From assembly GCA_044223005.1 (NCBI GenBank), contig JBGAML010000010.1, positions 100,795 to 164,794 of the forward strand: a stretch of 64,000 bases of DNA. The letters are read 5' to 3'. Below are positions 39,401-47,250 of this stretch, one piece after another. The notes below the pieces were generated by a model, which was not told the DNA's origin, did not search any database, and worked only from the letters and a program-made list of their open reading frames with translations. Source of the stretch: Candidatus Eiseniibacteriota bacterium (lineage in GTDB: Bacteria > Eisenbacteria > RBG-16-71-46). The translations under genes were made by a program, and so were the position numbers. Numbering within the stretch: the first letter of the stretch is position 1; every line of letters starts with the position of its first letter.

Positions 39401-39613
39401 ATCCGCGCCCGCGAATCCGCGTCGGCGACGGCCGATGGCCCGGGGCCGCACCTGCCCATCGTGGCGCTCACCGCGTCGGTCATGCAGTCCGACCGCGACC
39501 GCTGCTTCGCGACCGGCATGGACGACTTCATCTCGAAGCCGTTCCGTCCCGAGCAGATCGAAGCCGCGCTCGAACGCTGGGCGAGCCCGCCGGGCTCGGA
39601 AGCAGCGGCCTAG
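36485..39613 (+). CDS. Hybrid sensor histidine kinase (2 TM, HAMP-like, 2 PAS, HisKA, HATPase, 2 REC)
   Basis: GTGA overlap with the SBP stop; FLATMSHEIRTPMNG, NLAGNAIKFT, DTGIG, GTGLGL, FMDCHMPVMDG. Confidence 0.93.
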   Translation: MSAPRLRTLRDTMRAPAAATALLLAAGMLFGMDQLIVRLAHERILARSRSVANLAASLVELEGVDGHLARVVQTIGAESQVAELVVVAGDPPRVVASSRNEWTGHPVAVIRPIALGQMITSTLQSRRERYVPNRREGRVLGAVPIAYEDSGAFRRGAVAVVIDGRVILAQMRPWRLGIAIAVVLMLLAQAAAAELLLRRYVLRPVAAIASAARRRRDGERAPSTSVYADDELGRLAAALDDAYALEQAARRELEHQQFALDQAAMVAVTDVQANLVYVNDTFCKLSGYAREQLLGENPRLLNSGFHPPEFFQEMHDRIRNGGVWRGEIRNRARDGSFYWVHSTIIPSPGEDGKPVRFTAVLFDITALKSAQQALHRNEALTRQVLEGALDAVITMDTGGRITGWNPQAEATFGWRATEVIGRSLAETLIPVQFRAAHARGLERFLQTRQKNIIDQRVELPALHRDGTEFPVEMSISAVHVDTSVMFSAFVRDIRDRRQAEAEIIRGREAAQAASRAKSDFLATMSHEIRTPMNGVIGFTDLLLGTALDQNQREYAEMIRGSGEAMLALINDILDFSKIEAGRLDVDRLPFDARAAAGEVLELLAARAGAQGIELVFDWPAEAPRTLTGDPMRFRQVLMNLAGNAIKFTEHGSVVVRVTAAPDGQVRIAVQDTGIGIESDKLVTLFRKFTQADSSTTRRFGGTGLGLAISKQLVELMGGAIGAESRLGEGSTFWFTLPVAKEAGDEREPQSHDSAAIDGLRVLVVDDFAPNRTILAELLGRAGAEVGTAEDGSAALESMRAAVRAGRPFGAALIDLSLPGLDADALRSAVAADPGLGSPALFLLSGSSSRGEAAELRERGFADVLLKPLVRPELLLQAIARAVACPVARPEAAPPSPAPDPPESPARRRRVLLAEDQPVNQKLALRVLERLGCRVDVANNGVEACERSQRGDYDIVFMDCHMPVMDGFEATLAIRARESASATADGPGPHLPIVALTASVMQSDRDRCFATGMDDFISKPFRPEQIEAALERWASPPGSEAAA

Positions 39614-39738
39614 GACGGACGAGGCGGCGCACCCCGGGCCCGCGCCTGCGCGCGGCCCGCCCCCCCAACCCCAAGCGCCCCATCCGCCTACCTCCGGCCG
39701 GCGACGGCCGCGGGAACGCCCGCGCTGGACGTTTCCGC

Positions 39739-39744
39739 TATACT
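39739..39744 (+). promoter_or_regulatory. -10 element upstream of metG
   Basis: TATACT about 32 nt before GTG 39777; no clear -35. Confidence 0.5.
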
Positions 39745-39776
39745 CCGTCGCGCCTTTCCAACTCCCGGAGACCCGT

Positions 39777-41498
39777 GTGTCACGCTTCTACATCACCACC
39801 GCCATCGACTACGTCAACGGCCAGCCCCACCTCGGACATGCCTACGAGAAGGTCCTCGCCGACGCGATCGCGCGCTGGCATCGCCAGCAGGGCCACGCCA
39901 CCTACTTCCTGACCGGCACCGACGAGCACGGGCAGAAGGTCGCGCGCAGCGCGGCCGCCGCGGGCAAGGACCCGCAGGCGTACGTCGACGAGATCTCGAA
40001 GACCTTCGTGCACGCGTGGAAGGTGCTGGACGTGAAGTACGACCAGTTCTTCCGCACGACCGACCGGCGTCACGAGCTGGCCGTGCAGGAGCTCTTCCGC
40101 CGCCTGAAGGACGCGCTGAGCCCCAAGACGGGCGAGCCCGCGCTCTACGAGGACTCGTACGACGGCCTGTACTGCGAGGGCTGCGAGGCGTTCAAGACCG
40201 AGAAGGACCTGGACGAGAACGGTCTCTGCCCCGAGCACAAGGTGAAGCCGAAGGAAGTGCGCGAGTCCAACTTCTTCTTCCGGCTCTCCGAGTACGACGA
40301 GGCGCTGCTCAAGCACATCGAGGCGCACCCGGAGTTCATCCAGCCCGACTACCGCCGCAACGAGGTGGTCAACGTCATCAAGAGCGGGCTGCAGGACGTG
40401 TCGGTGTCGCGCCCGAACCTGGCGTGGGGCATCCCGCTGCCCGAGGAGATCGAGGGCGGCGAGGGCCACGTCGCGTACGTGTGGGCGGACGCGCTGCTCA
40501 ACTACCTCTCGGCGCTCGGCTGGCCGGAGCGCAAGTACTCGCTCTGGTGGCTCGCCAGGCAGAAAGAGGTCGGTGGCCCCGGCGCAGCGCGGCAGGACGA
40601 GTTCCAGCACCTCGACGGCCAGGGCAAGCCCGGCGCCGCGTGGGCGGGCACGCGCGAGGCGTATTACACGAATGCGTTCCACCTGATCGGCAAGGACATC
40701 AGCCGCTTCCACTGCGTGCTCTGGCCCGCGATGCTGCTCGCGGCCGGCGTACCGCTGCCGCGGCAGGTCTACGTGCACGGCTTCGTCTACGCACGCGGCG
40801 AGCGGCTGTCCAAGTCCAGCGGCAACGTGATCGACCCGGTGCAGATGGCGACCGACTTCGGTCCCGACGCGCTGCGGTTCTTCCTGCTCGATTCGTTCCC
40901 CACGGGGCGCGACGGCGAGTTCTCGTACGAGCAGTTCGTCGAGCACGTGAACTCGCACCTCGCGAACAAGCTGGGCAATCTCGCGAGCCGCACGGTGACG
41001 CTCTGCCACAAGTACTTCGAGGGCGGCTCGCCCGCGGAGTGGGCGCCCGAGGCGTTCGCCGACCCGGCGGCGCGCGCGGGGCTCGAAGCGCTGGTGACGG
41101 CGGCGAACTCCGCCGCGGTCGACGCGCCGAAGGCGTGGGAGGAGATCCGCATCCACGACGCGCTCGATGCAGCGTGGACCGTGATCGAGCGCGCGAACGA
41201 GTTCACCGACCGCGCCAAGCCGTGGGAGTCGGGCAAGGATCCCGCGCGCCGTGCCGAACTGGGCACGACGCTCGCGGCGCTGCTCGAGACGCTGCGGCTC
41301 GCCGCGGTGTGGGCCTGGCCGGCCATGCCGGGCAAGTGCGAAGCGCTCTGGGCGCTGCTCGGGCTGCCGGGCTCGCCGGGCGACGTGCGCGGCGACGACG
41401 CGCGCCCGCGCTTCGGCCCGCTGCCGGCGCGGCCGCTGGGCGCGTCGCAGATCCTGTTCCCGCGCATCGACCTCGAGAAGGTCGGCGGCACGAAGTAG
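39777..41498 (+). CDS. metG: Methionine--tRNA ligase (short form, no C-terminal dimerisation domain)
   Basis: FYITTAIDYVNG.PHLGH, TGTDEHGQK, CEGC...CPEH knuckle, IGKDI, RLSKS (KMSKS), ANKLGNL..R, LFPRI. Confidence 0.96.
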   Translation: MSRFYITTAIDYVNGQPHLGHAYEKVLADAIARWHRQQGHATYFLTGTDEHGQKVARSAAAAGKDPQAYVDEISKTFVHAWKVLDVKYDQFFRTTDRRHELAVQELFRRLKDALSPKTGEPALYEDSYDGLYCEGCEAFKTEKDLDENGLCPEHKVKPKEVRESNFFFRLSEYDEALLKHIEAHPEFIQPDYRRNEVVNVIKSGLQDVSVSRPNLAWGIPLPEEIEGGEGHVAYVWADALLNYLSALGWPERKYSLWWLARQKEVGGPGAARQDEFQHLDGQGKPGAAWAGTREAYYTNAFHLIGKDISRFHCVLWPAMLLAAGVPLPRQVYVHGFVYARGERLSKSSGNVIDPVQMATDFGPDALRFFLLDSFPTGRDGEFSYEQFVEHVNSHLANKLGNLASRTVTLCHKYFEGGSPAEWAPEAFADPAARAGLEALVTAANSAAVDAPKAWEEIRIHDALDAAWTVIERANEFTDRAKPWESGKDPARRAELGTTLAALLETLRLAAVWAWPAMPGKCEALWALLGLPGSPGDVRGDDARPRFGPLPARPLGASQILFPRIDLEKVGGTK

Positions 41499-41565
41499 AC
41501 GTGCGCGAGGGCGCGCGCCGGATTCCGGCGCGCGCCTTCGCGTTTCCTCCCGACAGGGCCCGACC

Positions 41566-42330
41566 GTGATCGACACGCACTGCCACGTCTGCGACAAGCG
41601 CTTCGACAAGGACCGCACGCACGTGCTCGACCGCGCCCGCGTGTCGGGCGTGACGCACCTGGTCGAGATCGCCTACGCGCCGGGCATCTGGGAGCGTGCG
41701 TTCGAGCTCGCGGCGGAACGCCCGTGGGTCTCGCTGGTGGTGGGCGTGCACCCGAGCGAATCGGGCAAGGTGCCCATGGAGGCGCTCGCGACGCTGCGCG
41801 ACCACGCGCGGCACGCGCGCGTGGTGGGCATCGGCGAAACGGGGCTCGACTTCTACCGCGACTACGCCTCGCGCGAGGACCAGGAGCGCTGGTTCCTCGC
41901 GCAGCTCGCGCTCGCGGACGAGGTCGGGCTGCCGGTGGTGATCCACCAGCGCAGCGCGCTCGAGGACACGCTGGGCATCCTCGAACACGTGCGGCCGCAG
42001 GCGGGCGGCGTGCTGCACTGCTTCGACCAGGACGCGCGCGCCGCCGAACGCGCGCGCAAGATCGGCTTCAAGCTCGGGATCGGTGGCGTGCTCACCTACG
42101 GCCACGCCGAGCTCGACGAAGCGGTGAGGCTCGCGCCCGAGGACATGCTCGTGCTGGAAACGGATTCGCCGTACCTCGAGCCCGAGCCGCGCTCGCTGCG
42201 CCGCAACGAGCCGGGATTGCTGACCCGCGTGGTCGCGCGCCTCTGCGAATTGCGTGGCTGGACGCCCGAGCAGGCGGATGCCATCACCACGCGCAACGCC
42301 CGCGACCTGTTCCGCATGCCGATCGGGTGA
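41566..42330 (+). CDS. tatD: TatD family hydrolase
   Basis: DTHCH, GVHP, IGETGLD, IH.R, LHCF, ETDSPYL. Confidence 0.94.
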   Translation: MIDTHCHVCDKRFDKDRTHVLDRARVSGVTHLVEIAYAPGIWERAFELAAERPWVSLVVGVHPSESGKVPMEALATLRDHARHARVVGIGETGLDFYRDYASREDQERWFLAQLALADEVGLPVVIHQRSALEDTLGILEHVRPQAGGVLHCFDQDARAAERARKIGFKLGIGGVLTYGHAELDEAVRLAPEDMLVLETDSPYLEPEPRSLRRNEPGLLTRVVARLCELRGWTPEQADAITTRNARDLFRMPIG

Positions 42331-42451
42331 TCCGGCCCGGGGCGGCCGCCCGCGGCCCGCTCCGCGCACGCACCGCGCCGGCGAATCGGGCGCTTGCTCC
42401 CGATCGTTGCAAATCGCCACGCAGGTCGCGTATCGGCCGCCATTTGCGCGT

Positions 42452-42478
42452 TCAAGCCGGAGCGGCCGGCGCCGACAA
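42452..42478 (+). promoter_or_regulatory. Sigma28-like promoter for the HEAT-repeat gene
   Basis: TCAAG-N14-GCCGACAA ending 10 nt before ATG 42489. Confidence 0.55.
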
Positions 42479-42488
42479 TAGGAATGCC

Positions 42489-43559
42489 ATGTCCATTCCT
42501 CCCGCGCTCGCGCCGTTGCTGCCGTCCCTGATCGCCGCCGCGATCATCGGCTCGGCCGTGCTGCTGGGCGCGCTCGTGGCCCGCGCGGCGAAACGCTCCG
42601 CGCGCACGGGCGGCCGCCAGCGCGCGGCGCAGGTGATCGAGGCGCTCTCGGGCGCGCTCGCCGGGCGCCTGAGCTCGGGCGCGCTGCGCCAGGCCGCACG
42701 CGACGCCGAGGCCGAGCATTTCTGGAGCGCGACCGAGGCGATCGCCTCGACGCTGCGACGCAAGGAACGGCTGGCGCTCGCGCGGTCGCTGCGCCGCAAC
42801 CGCCACGTGCTCGCCGAGGCGCGCACGCTCGCCACGTCCGACTCGCTCGCGCACCGCGAGCGCGCCGCGCGCCGGCTCGCGCTCCTGCCGACGCCCGCCC
42901 TGCGGCCGCTGCTGCGGCGCGCGCTCGTCCGCGGCCCCGAGCCGGTGCGCGTGATCGCCGGCCGCGCGCTCGCGACGCTGCGCGACCTGGCCGCGCTCGA
43001 CTGGATCTGCCGCCACCCGCGCGCGTTCGCCGCGCGGCCGCTGCCCGCGATGTCGGGGCTGCTGCGCGCGTTCGGGCCCGGCGCCCGCGCGCACCTCATC
43101 ACGGCGCTCGACCGCGCGCACACGACGACGCGCTTCGAATGCGCCGTGGTCGACGCGCTCGGCATCTCGCGCTGCCGCTCGGCGCGCGAGCGGATCGAAG
43201 TGCGCCTGCGGCACGAGGCGACCGACGTGCGCGTGGGCGCCGCCCGCGCGCTGGGCCGGCTCGGCATGGGCGAGGCGATCCCCGCGCTCATGCTGGCGCT
43301 CGCCGACGAGGAATGGCCCGTCCGCGCGCAGGCCGCGCACGCGCTGGGCCGGTTGCGCGCCACGCCCGCGGTGGACGCGCTGGTCGAACGCGTGACCGAT
43401 CCCGCGTGGTGGGTGCGCCACCACGCCGCCTACGCGCTCGCCGCGCTCGGGCCCGAGGGCCGCGACGCCCTCTGCGAACTGGTCGTGCGCTCGCCCGACG
43501 CCTACGCGCGTGAGATGGCCCGCGAGGCGCTCGACCAGGAAGTCGCGCGCAGCGCCTGA
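42489..43559 (+). CDS. Membrane-anchored HEAT repeat protein
   Basis: N-terminal TM; repeats VRVGAARALGRLG, WPVRAQAAHALGRL, WWVRHHAAYALAALG. Confidence 0.85.
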   Translation: MSIPPALAPLLPSLIAAAIIGSAVLLGALVARAAKRSARTGGRQRAAQVIEALSGALAGRLSSGALRQAARDAEAEHFWSATEAIASTLRRKERLALARSLRRNRHVLAEARTLATSDSLAHRERAARRLALLPTPALRPLLRRALVRGPEPVRVIAGRALATLRDLAALDWICRHPRAFAARPLPAMSGLLRAFGPGARAHLITALDRAHTTTRFECAVVDALGISRCRSARERIEVRLRHEATDVRVGAARALGRLGMGEAIPALMLALADEEWPVRAQAAHALGRLRATPAVDALVERVTDPAWWVRHHAAYALAALGPEGRDALCELVVRSPDAYAREMAREALDQEVARSA

Positions 43560-43566
43560 GCCGGGC

Positions 43567-43596
43567 TTGGTGCCCGCGCGCGGGCGCCACTATGCT
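43567..43596 (+). promoter_or_regulatory. Sigma70-type promoter giving a probably leaderless rsmA mRNA
   Basis: TTGGTG-N18-TATGCT, 6 nt before ATG 43603; no SD. Confidence 0.55.
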
Positions 43597-43602
43597 GCCG
43601 CC

Positions 43603-44529
43603 ATGCCCCGACGCCCCGACCTCGCCGCGCGCCCCGGCGCCTCCGCCTACATCCGCGACCGCGCCGCCCGCGAGGGCAGCGAGGCGCGGCGGGTGAAGGA
43701 CGCGCTCGCCTCGCGCGGGCTGTCGCCGCGCAAGCGCTTCGGCCAGAACTTCCTGATCCGCGACGAGCTCGCCGAGCGCATCGTCGAGCACGCGCACCTG
43801 CACGAGGCGGACGTGTGCGTCGAGATCGGCCCCGGCGCGGGCGCGCTGACGCCGCGGATCGCGCAGCGCTGCCGCCGCGTGGTGGCGATCGAGAAGGACA
43901 CCGGGCTCGCGGAGTACCTGCGCGAGGAGATGGCCGAGTGGCGCGGCATCGAGATCGTCGAGGGCGACTTCCTGGAGCAGGACCTCGCCGCGATCGCCGC
44001 GGCCGAAGGCGCGGACAAGCTCGCGATGATCGGCAACATCCCCTACAACATCACGACGCCGATCCTCGAGCGCATCTTCGAGCAGCGCGCGGTCTTGCGC
44101 TCGGCGGTGCTGCTCGTGCAGAAGGAGTACGCCGAGCGCCTCGCGGCGGCGGCGGGCACCCCCGAGTACGGCTCGCTCACCCTGTTCGCGCGCTACCACG
44201 CACTGCTCGAGCCCCTGATGACGATCCGCTCGTCGGCGTTCTGGCCGCGGCCCGACGTGGACTCGATGCTCGTGCGCGTGATCCTGCGCGAGACACCGCC
44301 CGTCGACGCGCCCGAAGCGCTGCTGTTCGCGATCATCCGCGCCGCGTTCGGCCAGCGCCGCAAGCAGCTCGCGAACAACCTGGAGCGCGCGTTGGGCATG
44401 ACCCGCGAGCAGGTCGAGCGCCTGGGCCGCCACGCCGGGATCACGCTCTCACGTCGCGGCGAGACGCTGACGCTCGAGGAGTTCGCGCGCCTCGCGAGGG
44501 CGGCTGCCGAGGCGGGCGTCCAGGCCTGA
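43603..44529 (+). CDS. rsmA: 16S rRNA adenine dimethyltransferase RsmA/KsgA
   Basis: KRFGQNFL, EIGPGAGALT, GNIPYNITTP, F.P.P.VDS, FGQRRK.L.N. Confidence 0.95.
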   Translation: MPRRPDLAARPGASAYIRDRAAREGSEARRVKDALASRGLSPRKRFGQNFLIRDELAERIVEHAHLHEADVCVEIGPGAGALTPRIAQRCRRVVAIEKDTGLAEYLREEMAEWRGIEIVEGDFLEQDLAAIAAAEGADKLAMIGNIPYNITTPILERIFEQRAVLRSAVLLVQKEYAERLAAAAGTPEYGSLTLFARYHALLEPLMTIRSSAFWPRPDVDSMLVRVILRETPPVDAPEALLFAIIRAAFGQRRKQLANNLERALGMTREQVERLGRHAGITLSRRGETLTLEEFARLARAAAEAGVQA

Positions 44530-44716
44530 ACCGGCGGGGCGGCTGCGACCAGGGATCGCCGGCTGGATCCGGGACCCGATCGCCGCGCCCGATCGAGACG
44601 CGCCGCCTGCGGTGCGGACTTCCGGTGTCGAGTCCGTGGCCGGATCGGCGCGTTCCCGGGAAGGGAGGCGGGCGCCTCCCGTGCGCCGCGCCACCCCGCA
44701 GCTCCGGAGTCCCGCC

Positions 44717-46123
44717 ATGCCTGCTCGTCCATCCGTTCGCCGCCGCGCCGCGAGCGCGGCCATCGTCCTCACCCTCGCCGGCATCCTCGCGTTCGCGGCC
44801 GTGGCGGCCGCCACGCCGACCTACCAGCTCACGCTCTGGGGCTCGCTCCGCACCGACGGGGCGGGGAACGCCCAGGCCTACGCGATCAACGATTCCGGCG
44901 CGGTGACCGGCGAGCTGGCCGCAAACGACGGTGGCACGCATGCCTACGTTCGTACTCCGGGCGGCATCGTGCGCGATGCGGGCGCGTTGCTGGCCGGCAC
45001 GTCGAGCTGGGGCCAGGCGATCAACACCTCGGGCCTGGCTGCGGGGTCGGCGTGGACGCAGTCGAACGGATTCGCGGTGCCCTTCGAGATCGTTGCGGGC
45101 ACGGCCACGCTGGCGACGATGACACGCCTCCCGGGCGGCGGCGACGCGGTCGTCTACTCGCTCTCGGATTCCGGCGTCGCGGTGGGCTGGGGCAACTTCA
45201 GCTCCGGCTGCGGCTCGCCGCCCTGCCCGGGCAATCCCGGCCAGGCGGTCAAGTGGACCGTGGGCGGGACGCTGGTGCGGCTCGCCGCGCTGGGCGGCTA
45301 CTTCAGCGCCGCGACGGGCATCAGCCACGATGGCTCCAAGATCTGCGGCTACGCCGCCAATCCATCGGGCCAGACGCGCGGGTTCCTCGCCGCCGCGGAT
45401 GCCGCGATCGAGCTCGCGCCGCTTCCGGGCTACGACGCGGCCTACGCGTGGAGCGTGAACGATCAGGGCGTGGTCGTGGGCCACAGCGAGAAGGCCGGCA
45501 CCGGTGAGCATCGTGCGACGCTCTGGAACGGCGGTGCGCCGGTCGACCTCGGCGTCCTGCCGGGCACGCTGGGATCGACGGCGTGGCACGTGGCGAACTC
45601 CGGGCTCGTGAGTGGCTGGCTGTACACGTCGCCCACCACCTACGACGCGGCGACATTCACGGCCGCCGGTCCGCCCGTAGACCTCAATACGCGCCTCGCA
45701 ACCGGCACGTCGTGGACGCTCCGAAACGCGTACGCAAGTAACGCGCATGGGCAGGTCTGCGGCTACGCCGACAGCGGAGCCGTGACGCACGCGTTCCTCC
45801 TGACGCCGACCAGCACCGCGGACGTCGCGCCCGCGGCGCGCGCGACGGGCCTCGCGCTCGCCTGCACGAGCCGCAATCCCGGCACGGGCCCGGCGAAGCT
45901 CGCGTTCACGCTGCCCGCACCGGGCCACGTGCGGCTCGAGATCCTCGACGTCGCGGGCCGCCGCGTGGCGCGCATCGCCGACGCTGCCTTCGGTGCGGGC
46001 CGGCACGAACTCGCGTGGGACGGCCGCGACGACGCGGGCCGCACGCTCGGCGCGGGGCTCTACCTCGCGCGGCTCGTCACGGACGACGGAAGCGCGACGG
46101 CGCGGCTGGTGCGCACGCGGTGA
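44717..46123 (+). CDS. Secreted HAF-repeat (DUF3466-like) protein with C-terminal FlgD-Ig/T9SS-like domain
   Basis: Repeats A.AIN.SG.V.G...HA(Y/F); THAFLLTP; C-terminal NP...DVAGRRV...WDGRDDAG...GLY. Confidence 0.85.
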   Translation: MPARPSVRRRAASAAIVLTLAGILAFAAVAAATPTYQLTLWGSLRTDGAGNAQAYAINDSGAVTGELAANDGGTHAYVRTPGGIVRDAGALLAGTSSWGQAINTSGLAAGSAWTQSNGFAVPFEIVAGTATLATMTRLPGGGDAVVYSLSDSGVAVGWGNFSSGCGSPPCPGNPGQAVKWTVGGTLVRLAALGGYFSAATGISHDGSKICGYAANPSGQTRGFLAAADAAIELAPLPGYDAAYAWSVNDQGVVVGHSEKAGTGEHRATLWNGGAPVDLGVLPGTLGSTAWHVANSGLVSGWLYTSPTTYDAATFTAAGPPVDLNTRLATGTSWTLRNAYASNAHGQVCGYADSGAVTHAFLLTPTSTADVAPAARATGLALACTSRNPGTGPAKLAFTLPAPGHVRLEILDVAGRRVARIADAAFGAGRHELAWDGRDDAGRTLGAGLYLARLVTDDGSATARLVRTR

Positions 46124-46143
46124 ACCGTGCGGCCCCGGCCGCG

Positions 46144-46518
46144 TCAGTACGTCGCGACCCGCCCCGTCTCGGCGCGCACGAAGCCGGTCGAATCGACCAC
46201 GAAGCCCTGCGCGATGCCGCTCTCCACGTACGCGGCCATCGAGGGGCGCAGCGGCCGGCCGCCGATGCGGCCGCGCAGCACGATCGCGTCCTCGCCGTGG
46301 ATGCGCGCGTGCACCACGGCGCGCGCGCCGGGCGCGAGGTCGGCGACGCGCGTGGAATCGGCCTCGCCGACCACGCGCAGCTCGGTGAGCGGCTCGCGCG
46401 AGGCGTTGGTGACGGTGATCGTCGCGTGCGGCGAGCAGCCGGCCAGCAACAGCGACCCCGCGAGCGCGAGCGCCCGCGGGGTCGTGAGGTGCCGGAACGT
46501 CGCGAGCGTCACGCTCAC
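46144..46518 (-). CDS. Small hypothetical lipoprotein
   Basis: Lipobox LLAGC; overlaps the response regulator stop. Confidence 0.65.
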   Translation of the reverse strand: MSVTLATFRHLTTPRALALAGSLLLAGCSPHATITVTNASREPLTELRVVGEADSTRVADLAPGARAVVHARIHGEDAIVLRGRIGGRPLRPSMAAYVESGIAQGFVVDSTGFVRAETGRVATY

Positions 46519-47207
46519 GGCTCCACGAACTTGTAGCCCACCTTGTGCACCGCGACGATGAACGGCCGCTCGAAGCCTTCGCCCAGCTTGCTGCGCAGGT
46601 TCGAGACGTGCGTGTCCACGGTGCGCGTGGTGACGCCGAGCTCCTCGTCGACGCCCCAGATCTCCTCGAGCAGCTCCTCGCGGCTCACGGTGCGGCCACG
46701 GTGCTCGATCAGGTACTTGAGCAGCTCGAACTCCTTGAACGAGAGCGCGACCTGCTTGCCGGCCTTGAGGACCTCGCGCGGCTCGAAGCGCACCTCGACG
46801 TCGCCGAACTGGTACGTCGTCGGCCCGGGCGTGCCGGTGTTCATCGGCCCGCGCGCGACCAGGCGCTTCACGCGCGCCATGAGCTCCTTGATGCTGAAGG
46901 GCTTGGTGACGTAGTCGTCCGCGCCCATGTCGAACCCCTTGAGCACGTCGGCTTCGAAGTTGCGCGCCGTCATCACGAGCACGGGAATGTCCCGGTGCCG
47001 CTGGCGCAGCTCCTTGAGGACGGTGAAGCCGTCCTTCTCGGGGAGCATGATGTCCAGGAGCACGGCGTCGGGCTTCTGCTTGAGGGCGAGCTTGAGGCCC
47101 TCCTGCCCGTTCTTGGCCGTGAGGACGTCGTAGCCTTCGTAGCGGAAGTTGTGCGCCAGACCGTCGAGCAGCCCTTCTTCGTCTTCAACGATCAGGATCT
47201 TCTTCAT
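46515..47207 (-). CDS. OmpR/PhoB family response regulator
   Basis: ILIVEDE, LLDIMLP, GADDYVTKPF, EFELL, RTVDTHVSNLRSKL, VGYKF. Confidence 0.95.
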   Translation of the reverse strand: MKKILIVEDEEGLLDGLAHNFRYEGYDVLTAKNGQEGLKLALKQKPDAVLLDIMLPEKDGFTVLKELRQRHRDIPVLVMTARNFEADVLKGFDMGADDYVTKPFSIKELMARVKRLVARGPMNTGTPGPTTYQFGDVEVRFEPREVLKAGKQVALSFKEFELLKYLIEHRGRTVSREELLEEIWGVDEELGVTTRTVDTHVSNLRSKLGEGFERPFIVAVHKVGYKFVEP

Positions 47208-47250
47208 CGATGCCTGTCTCCCTCGGTGCGCCGGGGTCCGGACGCGCCGG

